A stretch of DNA of 33,190 bases from Candidatus Moraniibacteriota bacterium (GCA_030641185.1 DAOWHY010000015.1:1-33190), one strand, 5' to 3'; positions 1-7,712 are shown, numbered from the stretch's first letter. Translations and numbers: made by a program. Notes: generated by a model from the sequence alone, not told the origin.

Positions 1-408
1 CCTTGGTTAGAAAATAATTTCAAAAGTGACTATCAGGGGAAATGGGAATATAGTAATTTTTTTATAAATAAACAAACAATACTCGCATTTTTAATTGGGA
101 CAGTTTCAGAAAGTTGTCATGGTAAGCCGAGGGAGGATAAAGGCAGAATTGGGTATATTAATAAATTAGCCGTATTACCTGAACACAGGGGCAATAAATT
201 ATTAATAAAAAATATGAGCATTGCAGAGTTATTAGTAGAAGATTTTTTTAAGAAATGCAAAAAGGAGGGACTGTCAGAATCCAGATTATCGGTTCTTCAA
301 AACAATATTAGAGCAATAAGTTTTTGGGAAAGAATGGGGTTCCTGATCACTGAAGAGAGGTTGAGTGCAAAAAATAAAAAAATGTTTTTAATGTCTATTG
401 ATTTGTAG
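1..408 (+). CDS. GNAT family N-acetyltransferase (5' end outside window)
   Basis: Frame 1 is open from base 1. It contains LAVLPEHRGNKL (acetyl-CoA motif A-like) and a C-terminal FWERMGF typical of GNAT folds. Confidence 0.75.
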   Translation, partial: PWLENNFKSDYQGKWEYSNFFINKQTILAFLIGTVSESCHGKPREDKGRIGYINKLAVLPEHRGNKLLIKNMSIAELLVEDFFKKCKKEGLSESRLSVLQNNIRAISFWERMGFLITEERLSAKNKKMFLMSIDL

Positions 409-525
409 TATCTATTAAACGCTGCGTTATTATTTTTATAATATTATAATTAGGTTCCAACATATTTACTACGGCGGGCAGACCATCCCAGAGCGGGCAG
501 GCGTTTACGGTACGGATAAAAAAAG

Positions 526-551
526 AGCGGGGAACTTTCCTGCTTTTTTTT
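526..551. terminator. Bidirectional intrinsic-terminator-like hairpin between convergent genes
   Basis: AGCGGGGA/TTCCTGCT stem (8 bp including 2 G-U pairs), with an A-run upstream and a T-run downstream. Confidence 0.5.
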
Positions 552-725
552 ATTTTAATTTATGACAATATAAAAATCAGCTAAAAAATCTGTTATCTGA
601 TTTTTTTCTGTGAATTTTCCAAAAAATCTTCCACACTTTTTACATCTCCATTCTATTATTTCATTATCATTTAACAAAATGTTAAGTTGTTCTTTATATG
701 TTTTTCCAAGTCTTTGTCTTAGATC

Positions 726-1049
726 TTAATATAATTTTTCTAATTTCTTTATGTCATTTATATAAACAACATAATCGCCTTTCGCCGAAAGCAATTCTCC
801 CGTTGATTCATCCTCATAATCAATTTCTTCTTTTGCGATTGAAGCGCCACCAGAATTAACCCCTATCCATTTTAAAATTCTAGGTTTATTGATGTCATCC
901 TGAATTATATTAATTTGGTTATTGTAATAATGATATTTTTTAGTATAACCTTTATAATATGAAGCTATTAATTTATTTAAGACAACTAAAATGTCGATAA
1001 TCTGTTTATTGCTTCTTGAACTAATTGGATTGTTTTTTGTTTTTTTCAT
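726..1049 (-). CDS. Hypothetical protein (107 aa); the frame stays open past its TAA to 555
   Basis: ORF track. No motif recognised. See the finding on the in-frame TAA. Confidence 0.5.
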   Translation of the reverse strand: MKKTKNNPISSRSNKQIIDILVVLNKLIASYYKGYTKKYHYYNNQINIIQDDINKPRILKWIGVNSGGASIAKEEIDYEDESTGELLSAKGDYVVYINDIKKLEKLY

Positions 1050-1120
1050 AGTACTAAGCCATTGTATTTATTATATATTACATTAAATATTATATGTGGC
1101 AAGTTTCTCATTATAATAAT

Positions 1121-1149
1121 TTGATTTTATAATGTTAATAGGGTAGTAT
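1121..1149 (+). promoter_or_regulatory. Sigma70-like promoter candidate
   Basis: TTGATT-17 nt-TAGTAT, about 75 nt upstream of the 1226 ORF. Confidence 0.35.
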
Positions 1150-1225
1150 CAAAGTAATAATGAAAGTATTATTAATATAAAGAATAAAATCATTAAAATA
1201 ATATTAACTTTAATAATAAAAAAAT

Positions 1226-1618
1226 ATGACGAAATTAAATTATGGTCTAGTTTGTGATTATGCTTCTTTTAGTGAAGGGGGTAAATTAAATATTTTAGGA
1301 ATCTTTAAAAATATTAACGCTGTAAGTATTCCATTTACTCATCCCCAATTATTTATAGTTGTTAACATATCTGTTGAAAAAGAAGGTAAATATAAAGAGA
1401 TGATTAAATTAGTAAGGAAAAAAGATAATGTAGAAATAATGAAACCTTTAGAATTTGACTTGTTTCCTAAGTCAATAAGTGAAAAAAAAATTGAATTAGG
1501 AGTTGTAGGACAAATGACTAATATCAAATTTGAAAAAAGTGGAGAATATGTATTTAAAATTTTTTTGAATAATGACTTTTTAGGTGAGGTACCATTTTAT
1601 ATTACTGAAATAAAATAA
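1226..1618 (+). CDS. Hypothetical protein, DUF6941-like pattern
   Basis: LVCDYASFSEGGKLNILGIF...HPQLFIV...GEYVFKIFLNN..LGEVPF matches my recollection of an uncharacterised family. The assignment is from memory only. Confidence 0.6.
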   Translation: MTKLNYGLVCDYASFSEGGKLNILGIFKNINAVSIPFTHPQLFIVVNISVEKEGKYKEMIKLVRKKDNVEIMKPLEFDLFPKSISEKKIELGVVGQMTNIKFEKSGEYVFKIFLNNDFLGEVPFYITEIK

Positions 1619-1622
1619 ATTT

Positions 1623-2066
1623 ATGGGTAATCAACTTAAAGAAAAATATCAAGATAACATTGTTGATAATACAAGTAGTGATACAGTTTTCGACAAAACG
1701 GAACAACGAAGCTTGGAAATAAAAGTTGGTCAGAATGAAATCAAAATCGAAGCGTTATCAGAAAGAATAATAAGCACCCTAAAGATAAAAAAATGGATTT
1801 TTGCTTCTATTTTAACTATACTGGCTTTGATTCTTGGAGCTGGTGTTTTTCTTTCAAATTTACTTTTTAGTTATAATCAACATATTTTTGAAATACAGAA
1901 TAATAATTATAAACAAATTATTGAAATAAAAGAAGATATTAATAATAAATATTATTTAAATTCAATACAAATGAATAACAATTTTAATAAAATTGAAAAT
2001 CAAGAAGAAATTTTAAATTGTTTACAAAATAAAAAATATTGGCAATTTGAAGAGTGTTTGAAATAA
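1623..2066 (+). CDS. Membrane protein with one central TM helix and Asn-rich coiled-coil-like flanks
   Basis: Starts 4 nt after the previous stop. TM segment is WIFASILTILALILGAGVFLSNLLF. Confidence 0.6.
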   Translation: MGNQLKEKYQDNIVDNTSSDTVFDKTEQRSLEIKVGQNEIKIEALSERIISTLKIKKWIFASILTILALILGAGVFLSNLLFSYNQHIFEIQNNNYKQIIEIKEDINNKYYLNSIQMNNNFNKIENQEEILNCLQNKKYWQFEECLK

Positions 2067-2122
2067 GTCTATATAATAATTATAATCATTAACTTGTAAA
2101 ATCCCTTTCAAAAGATAATATC

Positions 2123-2254
2123 ATGGAACAATGGGAAAAGTGGAAAGCAGAGGATAAAGAAGAATTTAACAAACTAATATGGACGTATACTATATTTGGC
2201 GCTTTTTTGATGCTTATTATTTTAAGTTTTATATACGGTAGTCCTTTAGAATAA
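2123..2254 (+). CDS. Small membrane peptide (43 aa)
   Basis: Hand-translated as MEQWEKWKAEDKEEFNKLIWTYTIFGAFLMLIILSFIYGSPLE. It is below the ORF-track cutoff and more plausible than the antisense 2089..2379 ORF. Confidence 0.4.
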   Translation: MEQWEKWKAEDKEEFNKLIWTYTIFGAFLMLIILSFIYGSPLE

Positions 2255-2314
2255 ATAAGACTTGAAATCACGATGACTCTATTTGAATAAGCTTTATAAA
2301 TAAAATTATTAAAT

Positions 2315-3172
2315 ATGAGTACTGATATAAGAACAACTTTACCTTTTTGTTTATATTCAATTGATGACAGGGTATTCAATCTTAATGATGAATATAAAAC
2401 TGAATTTAAATTTGAGAAGTTAAAAAAGGAACCAAGTATAAGAACGTCTCATTCACATAATATTGAATTTATAAATGATAGATGGGGGATTGACGCTTGT
2501 TCAATAATTGAAATTAAAACTAATAAAAAATTCTCTAATTCAGAGGATGCAAAAAAATTCTCATTGAACATTGTAAATAAATTAATTAGATTATATCGTT
2601 TTTATGACAAAGAATCTGTTCATTTAACAGTTTTAAATATTGATGATCTTTTTAATTTTGACTACATACAAGATAAAAAGGGGATAGTGGTTTTTAGTTT
2701 TGGAGGAGGTGCAAAACCATTTGATCTCGCAAAATATAAGGATGTCAGCAACAAAATTGAAATTGCATTAAAAGAAAACAGCAGAGTATATTTTTGGCAG
2801 GAATTACTGCTTAATTCCGACTATTATATTTTTACTGGTGATTATAGAATGTCTGTTTTAGAGAGTGTTATTGCTTTAGAGTTGGTTTTATCAAATTTTA
2901 TCAGGTGTAAGGGAAAAGAAAAAAATATTTCCAAAGAAGAAATTGATGAATTTATAAAAAATGTAGGACTAACGGGTAACATAAAAACAACTATTAAACT
3001 TTTGATGGACAAATTACCAGAAGAAAAAATCTTTATTGGCTGTAAGATTGGTATTACAATTAGAAATTCAATAGTTCATAAAGGCAGAGAGGAGGTAAAT
3101 TTTAATGAAGCTAAAGAAACAATAGAAGCAATAAAAAAAATGATTGAATATTTACAGATAATTGCTAAATAA
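2315..3172 (+). CDS. Hypothetical protein with C-terminal HEPN-like domain (Rx4H)
   Basis: R250-N-S-I-V-H255 (nt 3062-3079) opens the last predicted helix. An upstream helix reads SVLESVIALELVL. Confidence 0.65.
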   Translation: MSTDIRTTLPFCLYSIDDRVFNLNDEYKTEFKFEKLKKEPSIRTSHSHNIEFINDRWGIDACSIIEIKTNKKFSNSEDAKKFSLNIVNKLIRLYRFYDKESVHLTVLNIDDLFNFDYIQDKKGIVVFSFGGGAKPFDLAKYKDVSNKIEIALKENSRVYFWQELLLNSDYYIFTGDYRMSVLESVIALELVLSNFIRCKGKEKNISKEEIDEFIKNVGLTGNIKTTIKLLMDKLPEEKIFIGCKIGITIRNSIVHKGREEVNFNEAKETIEAIKKMIEYLQIIAK

Positions 3173-3327
3173 ACTTTAGTAAAATTGTATAATTAATTTT
3201 TAGAAAGAACTGCTTTGTTATTTTTATAAAGCAATATAAGTAACCTTTTCACAATTAAAAGTTCGGAAATCGTCCCTAAGAGCGAGTAGTCATATAAGAG
3301 GTTTTTTGCAACCAATCTGAACGCCAG

Positions 3328-3356
3328 AAACACTTTTTTGAAAGTGTTTTTTTGTT
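3328..3356 (+). terminator. Intrinsic terminator
   Basis: AAACACTTT / AAAGTGTTT 9-bp stem, 4-nt loop, then a T-run. Confidence 0.6.
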
Positions 3357-3365
3357 TGTATTTTC

Positions 3366-3393
3366 TTGATTTATTGCCTTAAAAGAGTAAGAT
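3366..3393 (+). promoter_or_regulatory. Promoter candidate TTGATT-16-TAAGAT
   Basis: Shares extended flanks with the promoter candidate at 4993-5021. Confidence 0.45.
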
Positions 3394-3470
3394 AAAAATA
3401 TAAGTTGTAGGGAGAATAAAACGACATTCATAAAAAAATAAAACAAAAAAAGAAGGGGGTGGATAAATTT

Positions 3471-3638
3471 ATGAACCAAAAAATATTATTTATATTTGGA
3501 ATTGTATCGGCGCTGACCGGAGCGGGGATAATGTTTCATGGAAATGTATTTGGAGAAAACAACTCAGGTATTGCCACTGTTCTGGGAATTGTCGGCATAG
3601 GCTTGATAGCTAAATCCAAATTCAGGCTGCTTAAATAA
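3471..3638 (+). CDS. Small membrane protein (55 aa, two hydrophobic segments)
   Basis: Hand-translated as MNQKILFIFGIVSALTGAGIMFHG...VLGIVGIGLIAKSKFRLLK. A GAAGGGGGTGG SD-like sequence lies upstream. Confidence 0.6.
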   Translation: MNQKILFIFGIVSALTGAGIMFHGNVFGENNSGIATVLGIVGIGLIAKSKFRLLK

Positions 3639-3675
3639 CAAGTAAGTGAATAAGATAAATCAAACTTATAAAAAT

Positions 3676-4545
3676 ATGAAAAAACTATTATTAATTATAA
3701 GCGCCGTTGTTATCGTTGCGGCGGTTTTGTTCCTGCGGGGCGACGAAGATACCTGGATTTGTGAAAATGGGCAATGGGTAAAACACGGTAACCCTAGTGC
3801 GTCAATGCCGACTGAATTGTGTGGAGAGGAACAAATTGCCGATATTACTAATTTTCAGGAATGCATTGATGCTGGCAATCCGGCAATGGAAAGTTATCCG
3901 CGCCAGTGCCGGGCGGGTGATCAAACTTTTACGGAATATATCGGAAACGAACTTGAAAAAACGGATCTCATTTTTCTTGATTCGCCTCGTCCGAACCAAA
4001 CCATAAAAAGTCTGTTGGCGGTCAAAGGACAGGCAAGAGGATTTTGGTTTTTTGAAGGTGATTTTCCCGTAGTCTTAACTGATTGGGATGGACTGATAAT
4101 CGGCGAGGGGATTGCCGTGGCTCAAGGCGAGTGGATGACGGAAGAATTTGTGCCGTTTACGGCTGAAATCAAATTTGAAGTTCCCGAGTATAAAAACAAT
4201 GGAACATTGATATTTCAAAAAGACAATCCGTCCGGATTGCCGGAAAATGATGACGCACTGGAGATGCCTGTTTTTTTTGAAAAAAATGAGGAAGGGGAGA
4301 GTGTTTTGCCTTTGAATTCTGACGAGGCTTTTGCCATCGCCCGGGAAAATAAAGAATGTTCTATGGCGGGTATATTGACTGACAAATATGTCTATAATGA
4401 AAATACGAAGACTTGGTGGATTGATTTGGAAAGAATGCCGGAGCTTGAAAAAGATGGTTGTAATCCGGCATGCGTGGTAAGCGAGGAAACAAAGTCGGCG
4501 GAGGTAAATTGGAGATGCACGGGGCTAATGCCGGATTCTAATTGA
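3676..4545 (+). CDS. Membrane-anchored or secreted protein with Gmad2 Ig-like domain
   Basis: MKKLLLIISAVVIVAAVLF anchor. GQARGFWFFEGDFPVVLTDWDG...GEW...F fits the Gmad2 pattern. I chose the ATG at 3676 over the track's GTG at 3646. Confidence 0.75.
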   Translation: MKKLLLIISAVVIVAAVLFLRGDEDTWICENGQWVKHGNPSASMPTELCGEEQIADITNFQECIDAGNPAMESYPRQCRAGDQTFTEYIGNELEKTDLIFLDSPRPNQTIKSLLAVKGQARGFWFFEGDFPVVLTDWDGLIIGEGIAVAQGEWMTEEFVPFTAEIKFEVPEYKNNGTLIFQKDNPSGLPENDDALEMPVFFEKNEEGESVLPLNSDEAFAIARENKECSMAGILTDKYVYNENTKTWWIDLERMPELEKDGCNPACVVSEETKSAEVNWRCTGLMPDSN

Positions 4546-4592
4546 ATGTCATTAAGATTATTCTGAAGATGCAATTTTATTTAATCAAAAAT

Positions 4593-4613
4593 ACAGCATT
4601 ACGCTGTTTTTTG
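4593..4613 (+). terminator. Intrinsic terminator
   Basis: ACAGC/GCTGT stem followed by TTTTTTG. Confidence 0.5.
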
Positions 4614-4720
4614 TTTATGGATAACCTGGTCTTGATATAAATGTTAATTTAAGGTGTTAAGAATTTATTAAATTCATTACTTTTTTAATATCTATCATTG
4701 CAAAATTTATCAGGTGGTGC

Positions 4721-4749
4721 TTGCAAAAACGCTAGAAAACCTTTATACT
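4721..4749 (+). promoter_or_regulatory. Promoter candidate TTGCAA-17-TATACT
   Basis: Near-consensus spacing, about 65 nt upstream of the 4815 ORF. Confidence 0.5.
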
Positions 4750-4814
4750 GACTGATGCAGATTGGTTCCAGTCCGGTACTGGGAGCAGACAATTTTTATT
4801 TATAAAATATATCT

Positions 4815-4937
4815 ATGGCAAAAAGAAAAACTGGAGTCGGGAAAAAGAGAAAAGCACATTCTCATAAAACCGCAAAGCGGCTTGAAATTAAGAAGCTTAT
4901 GCTTGAGGAAAAAGCTAAGAAGAAAGAGCGTAAGTAG
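4815..4937 (+). CDS. Small highly basic protein (40 aa)
   Basis: Hand-translated as MAKRKTGVGKKRKAHSHKTAKRLEIKKLMLEEKAKKKERK. It has its own promoter and terminator. The overlapping track ORF 4762..5040 looks spurious. Confidence 0.5.
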   Translation: MAKRKTGVGKKRKAHSHKTAKRLEIKKLMLEEKAKKKERK

Positions 4938-4959
4938 GGTTTATGGCGAGTTTTTAAAT

Positions 4960-4990
4960 AACCTGCTTTTTAGTAGGTTGTTTTATTTTT
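4960..4990 (+). terminator. Intrinsic terminator
   Basis: AACCTGCT/AGTAGGTT stem (one G-U pair), TTTT loop, then a T-rich tail. Confidence 0.55.
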
Positions 4991-4992
4991 TC

Positions 4993-5021
4993 TTGATTTT
5001 AAAAGCAAAGAAGAGTAAGCT
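4993..5021 (+). promoter_or_regulatory. Promoter candidate TTGATT-17-TAAGCT
   Basis: Lies upstream of mutM. Flanks resemble the 3366-3393 candidate. Confidence 0.45.
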
Positions 5022-5056
5022 AAAAGTAGATAAATTATAAAAATAACTCAAAATTT

Positions 5057-5959
5057 ATGCCTGAACTGCCTGAGGTGGAGACAATTAAAAACGATTTAAA
5101 AGAAAAAATTCTTAAGAAAAAAATTAAAAAAGTTGATTTGAGGTTAAAGAAAATTGTAAAAAGTTCCGCGAGAAATTTTGCTTTGGATTTAGAAGGAAAT
5201 AATTTTAAAGATATAAAAAGAAGAGGGAAGCTTTTGGTATTTAGTGTAGAGATGAGACAGCGCTTCGTTCCTACAAATAAATACTTACTTATTCATTTGA
5301 GAATGACCGGGCAATTAATTTATCAAAAGAATAAAAAAATTATCGCGGGCGGACATAGTGATGGCGGTAGAGAAGAGGCAGCGCCTCGTCTCTACAACGA
5401 TTTGCCGAATAAACATACGCATGTTATTTTTTATTTTAGCGATAAGTCCCAATTATTTTTTAATGACCTGCGACGATTTGGCGTGGTAAAAATTGTTAAT
5501 GAAAAAGAATTGGAAGAAATTATAGATGATTTTGGCATAGAACCGCTTGAGAAAAGCTTTTCTTTAAAAGTATTCAAGGATATTATCGGGAATAAAAGCG
5601 GAAACGCCAAAGCATTTTTATTAAATCAAAAATACGTTGCCGGTATTGGCAATATTTACGCTGATGAAATTCTTTTTGAAGCAAAAATTTTGCCAAACAG
5701 AAAAGTTATTTCTTTAAAAATAGAAGAAATTAAAAAATTATATCAGGCAATTAGAAAAATTTTAAAAAAAGCCGTCAAACATCGCGGGACGACTTTTTAT
5801 AGTTACGCCGACGCGCGCGGTCAGAAAGGGAATTTTACCAAATTTTTAAAAGTGTATAAGCGAGAAGGGGAGAGCTGCTTAAGATGTAGAAAAGGTATAA
5901 TTCAAAAAACAAAGATTGCGGGGAGAGGGACGAGGTATTGTGATAAGTGCCAGAAGTGA
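5057..5959 (+). CDS. mutM: Formamidopyrimidine-DNA glycosylase
   Basis: MPELPEVE N-terminus, RRFG, GIGNIYADE (H2TH) and a C-terminal zinc finger CLRC...YCDKCQK. Confidence 0.92.
   Translation: MPELPEVETIKNDLKEKILKKKIKKVDLRLKKIVKSSARNFALDLEGNNFKDIKRRGKLLVFSVEMRQRFVPTNKYLLIHLRMTGQLIYQKNKKIIAGGHSDGGREEAAPRLYNDLPNKHTHVIFYFSDKSQLFFNDLRRFGVVKIVNEKELEEIIDDFGIEPLEKSFSLKVFKDIIGNKSGNAKAFLLNQKYVAGIGNIYADEILFEAKILPNRKVISLKIEEIKKLYQAIRKILKKAVKHRGTTFYSYADARGQKGNFTKFLKVYKREGESCLRCRKGIIQKTKIAGRGTRYCDKCQK
5246..5276. repeat. Intragenic 31-nt element, degenerate copy
   Basis: GTAGAGATGAGACAGCGCTTCGTTCCTACAA is 26/31 identical to 5367-5397. Confidence 0.65.
5367..5397. repeat. Intragenic 31-nt palindromic element
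   Basis: Structure is GTAGAGA-A-GAGGC-AGC-GCCTC-G-TCTCTAC: a 7-bp outer stem plus a 5-bp inner stem. Confidence 0.7.
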
Positions 5960-5978
5960 TAAGACTAATTTAGAACCC

Positions 5979-6087
5979 GCGCGTTTGGAGTGTCAAATGT
6001 AGCCGCAGCGGAGTTTGACTTGAAATATCAATTAATTTTCGCTTTCAGGTAGAGCTCCGCTGCGGCTACACTCTACACTCCAAAGCG
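5979..6087. repeat. Long inverted repeat (about 33-bp arms, about 42-nt spacer)
   Basis: CGCGTTTGGAGTGTCAAATGTAGCCGCAGCGGAG pairs with CTCCGCTGCGGCTACACTCTACACTCCAAAGCG. Confidence 0.7.
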
Positions 6088-6126
6088 TGATAACATTCAA
6101 ATGCGTAAGTCCTATAATCATAAAAA

Positions 6127-7710
6127 ATGTCAATATTAAACCTCAAAAATCTAAAAAACAAAAACATCCATATCGTTGGAATTGGCGGGGCGGAGGGGAG
6201 CGCTATCGCGGAGTTTTTGGTGGGGAATAATATCTCGTCAATAACCGGGCATGATTTTTCTTTGCGGAAAGATTTTAAGAATGCGTTTTATAAAACACAT
6301 TTAAGTTTGAAATTAGACGAAAGAGAAAAAGCGTTAAATCATCTTTTGAATTTGCCGATTAAAATTAATTTTAAAGATCACTATTTGGAAGGAATTGAAG
6401 AAGCGGATCTCGTTTTTGTTTCGCAAGTTTGGTTTAAATATCCACAGAATATGCCGATATTACAGGACTTAAGAAATAGCGGAACGCCATTTAAGACGAT
6501 TACTAATTTATATTTTGAGTTCGCGCCGTGTAAAATAATTTCCATAACGGGAACAAACGGCAAAACGACGACAGCAAGATTGATAAATAGTATTTTTGAA
6601 AATTGGATTGGCAATGCAAATTCTCCCTTTCGTAAAGGGGGCGGGGGGGATTTCGTCACAATACTAATAAATAAAATATCGCCACGAAAAAAACCAAAGA
6701 TTTATTTTGCGGGAAACGACAGGCAGAATATTCAAGTTTTAGATAAGTTAAATGAAATGTCGGAAAATGATATTTTGATTTTAGAAACAAGCAGCACCCA
6801 GCTTTTATTAAATTCCGGCATTAGTCCGCATATTGGAATTATTACGAATATAACGCCAAATCATCTTGACGATCACGGCAGTTTTGAAAATTATCTTGAA
6901 GCAAAAAAGAATTTAATTAAATATCAAAATAAAGAAGATTTTGCGGTTTTAAATTACGACGATGATGTTGTGAGAAAAATAGCAGAGGAACATAATAAAT
7001 CAAAAGTGTTTTTGTTCAGTAAAAGGACGGTGCAAAATGGCTCCACAGCCCTGCGGGGACTATGGAGCCAACATGATGGATGTTTTATTAGGAATGAAAA
7101 AATAATAATTAAGTTTAATAAAAAAGAGCTTGTTATTTGCGATATTAGCGATATTAAAATTCCAGGAAAGCATAATTTGGAAAATGTTTTGGCGGCGGTT
7201 TCTGCGGCTTATCTTTATGGAGTGGATTTGAAAAGTATAAAAAAGGGTGTAACAGAATATACAGGCATAAAACATCGATTAAAGCTTCTTTATAATATCA
7301 ATGAGATAAAATATTATGACGATACGCAAGCGACAACGCCAGAGGCGACAATCGCGGGAATTGAATCTTTTAATAATGACATAATTTTACTGGCGGGCGG
7401 AGATGACAAGGGAATGAACTATGAAAATTTAGCGAGAAAAATAAATAAAGAAGCGAAACTGCTTGTTTTGTTTCCCGGCAGCGCTTCGGATAAGATCGAG
7501 AAACTAATTGATGAAAGCAAAATTGATTTTATAAAAGTAGAAGACTTTTCCGAAGCGATAAATGTTTTAAAAGATTATTATAAAAAAGCCGCTATATTAA
7601 AAGACACGGCAGTTTTAATTTCTCCAGCGGCGGCGCATTTTTATTCAAAGTTTGTGGAAGGGAGCGGGAAGGATTTAAAAGAGTGGGTTAGATCAGTAGC
7701 CAGTAATTAA
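6127..7710 (+). CDS. murD: Mur ligase, MurD-like (UDP-N-acetylmuramoylalanine--D-glutamate ligase)
   Basis: N-terminal Rossmann segment VGIGGAEGSAIAEFL, P-loop ITGTNGKTTT, and GKHNLENVLAAVSAA. The exact Mur paralogue is uncertain. Confidence 0.7.
   Translation: MSILNLKNLKNKNIHIVGIGGAEGSAIAEFLVGNNISSITGHDFSLRKDFKNAFYKTHLSLKLDEREKALNHLLNLPIKINFKDHYLEGIEEADLVFVSQVWFKYPQNMPILQDLRNSGTPFKTITNLYFEFAPCKIISITGTNGKTTTARLINSIFENWIGNANSPFRKGGGGDFVTILINKISPRKKPKIYFAGNDRQNIQVLDKLNEMSENDILILETSSTQLLLNSGISPHIGIITNITPNHLDDHGSFENYLEAKKNLIKYQNKEDFAVLNYDDDVVRKIAEEHNKSKVFLFSKRTVQNGSTALRGLWSQHDGCFIRNEKIIIKFNKKELVICDISDIKIPGKHNLENVLAAVSAAYLYGVDLKSIKKGVTEYTGIKHRLKLLYNINEIKYYDDTQATTPEATIAGIESFNNDIILLAGGDDKGMNYENLARKINKEAKLLVLFPGSASDKIEKLIDESKIDFIKVEDFSEAINVLKDYYKKAAILKDTAVLISPAAAHFYSKFVEGSGKDLKEWVRSVASN
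6613..6657. repeat. Intragenic G-rich hairpin segment
   Basis: CCCTTT-cgt-AAAGGG hairpin followed by G5-C-G7. It encodes NANSPFRKGGGGDFV. Confidence 0.5.
7039..7069. repeat. Intragenic 31-nt palindrome
   Basis: GGCTCCAcagCCCtgcGGGgactaTGGAGCC. It encodes GSTALRGLWS. Confidence 0.55.
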
Positions 7711-7712
7711 AA

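Noticed and set aside
471-515. GC-rich patch (GGCGGGCAG...GAGCGGGCAGGCG) as a possible tRNA, sRNA or repeat fragment
   Set aside because: I could not fold it into a convincing structure or match it to the other repeat families. It may be a degenerate remnant.
3240-3327. Possible structured ncRNA in the long 3' region after the HEPN-like gene
   Set aside because: Only a 6/7 GTTCGGA/TCTGAAC pairing was seen, with no further support.
4762-5040. 92-aa + strand ORF from the track
   Set aside because: It reads through a terminator hairpin and a promoter. The 40-aa basic ORF in another frame (4815-4937) fits the promoter and terminator layout better.
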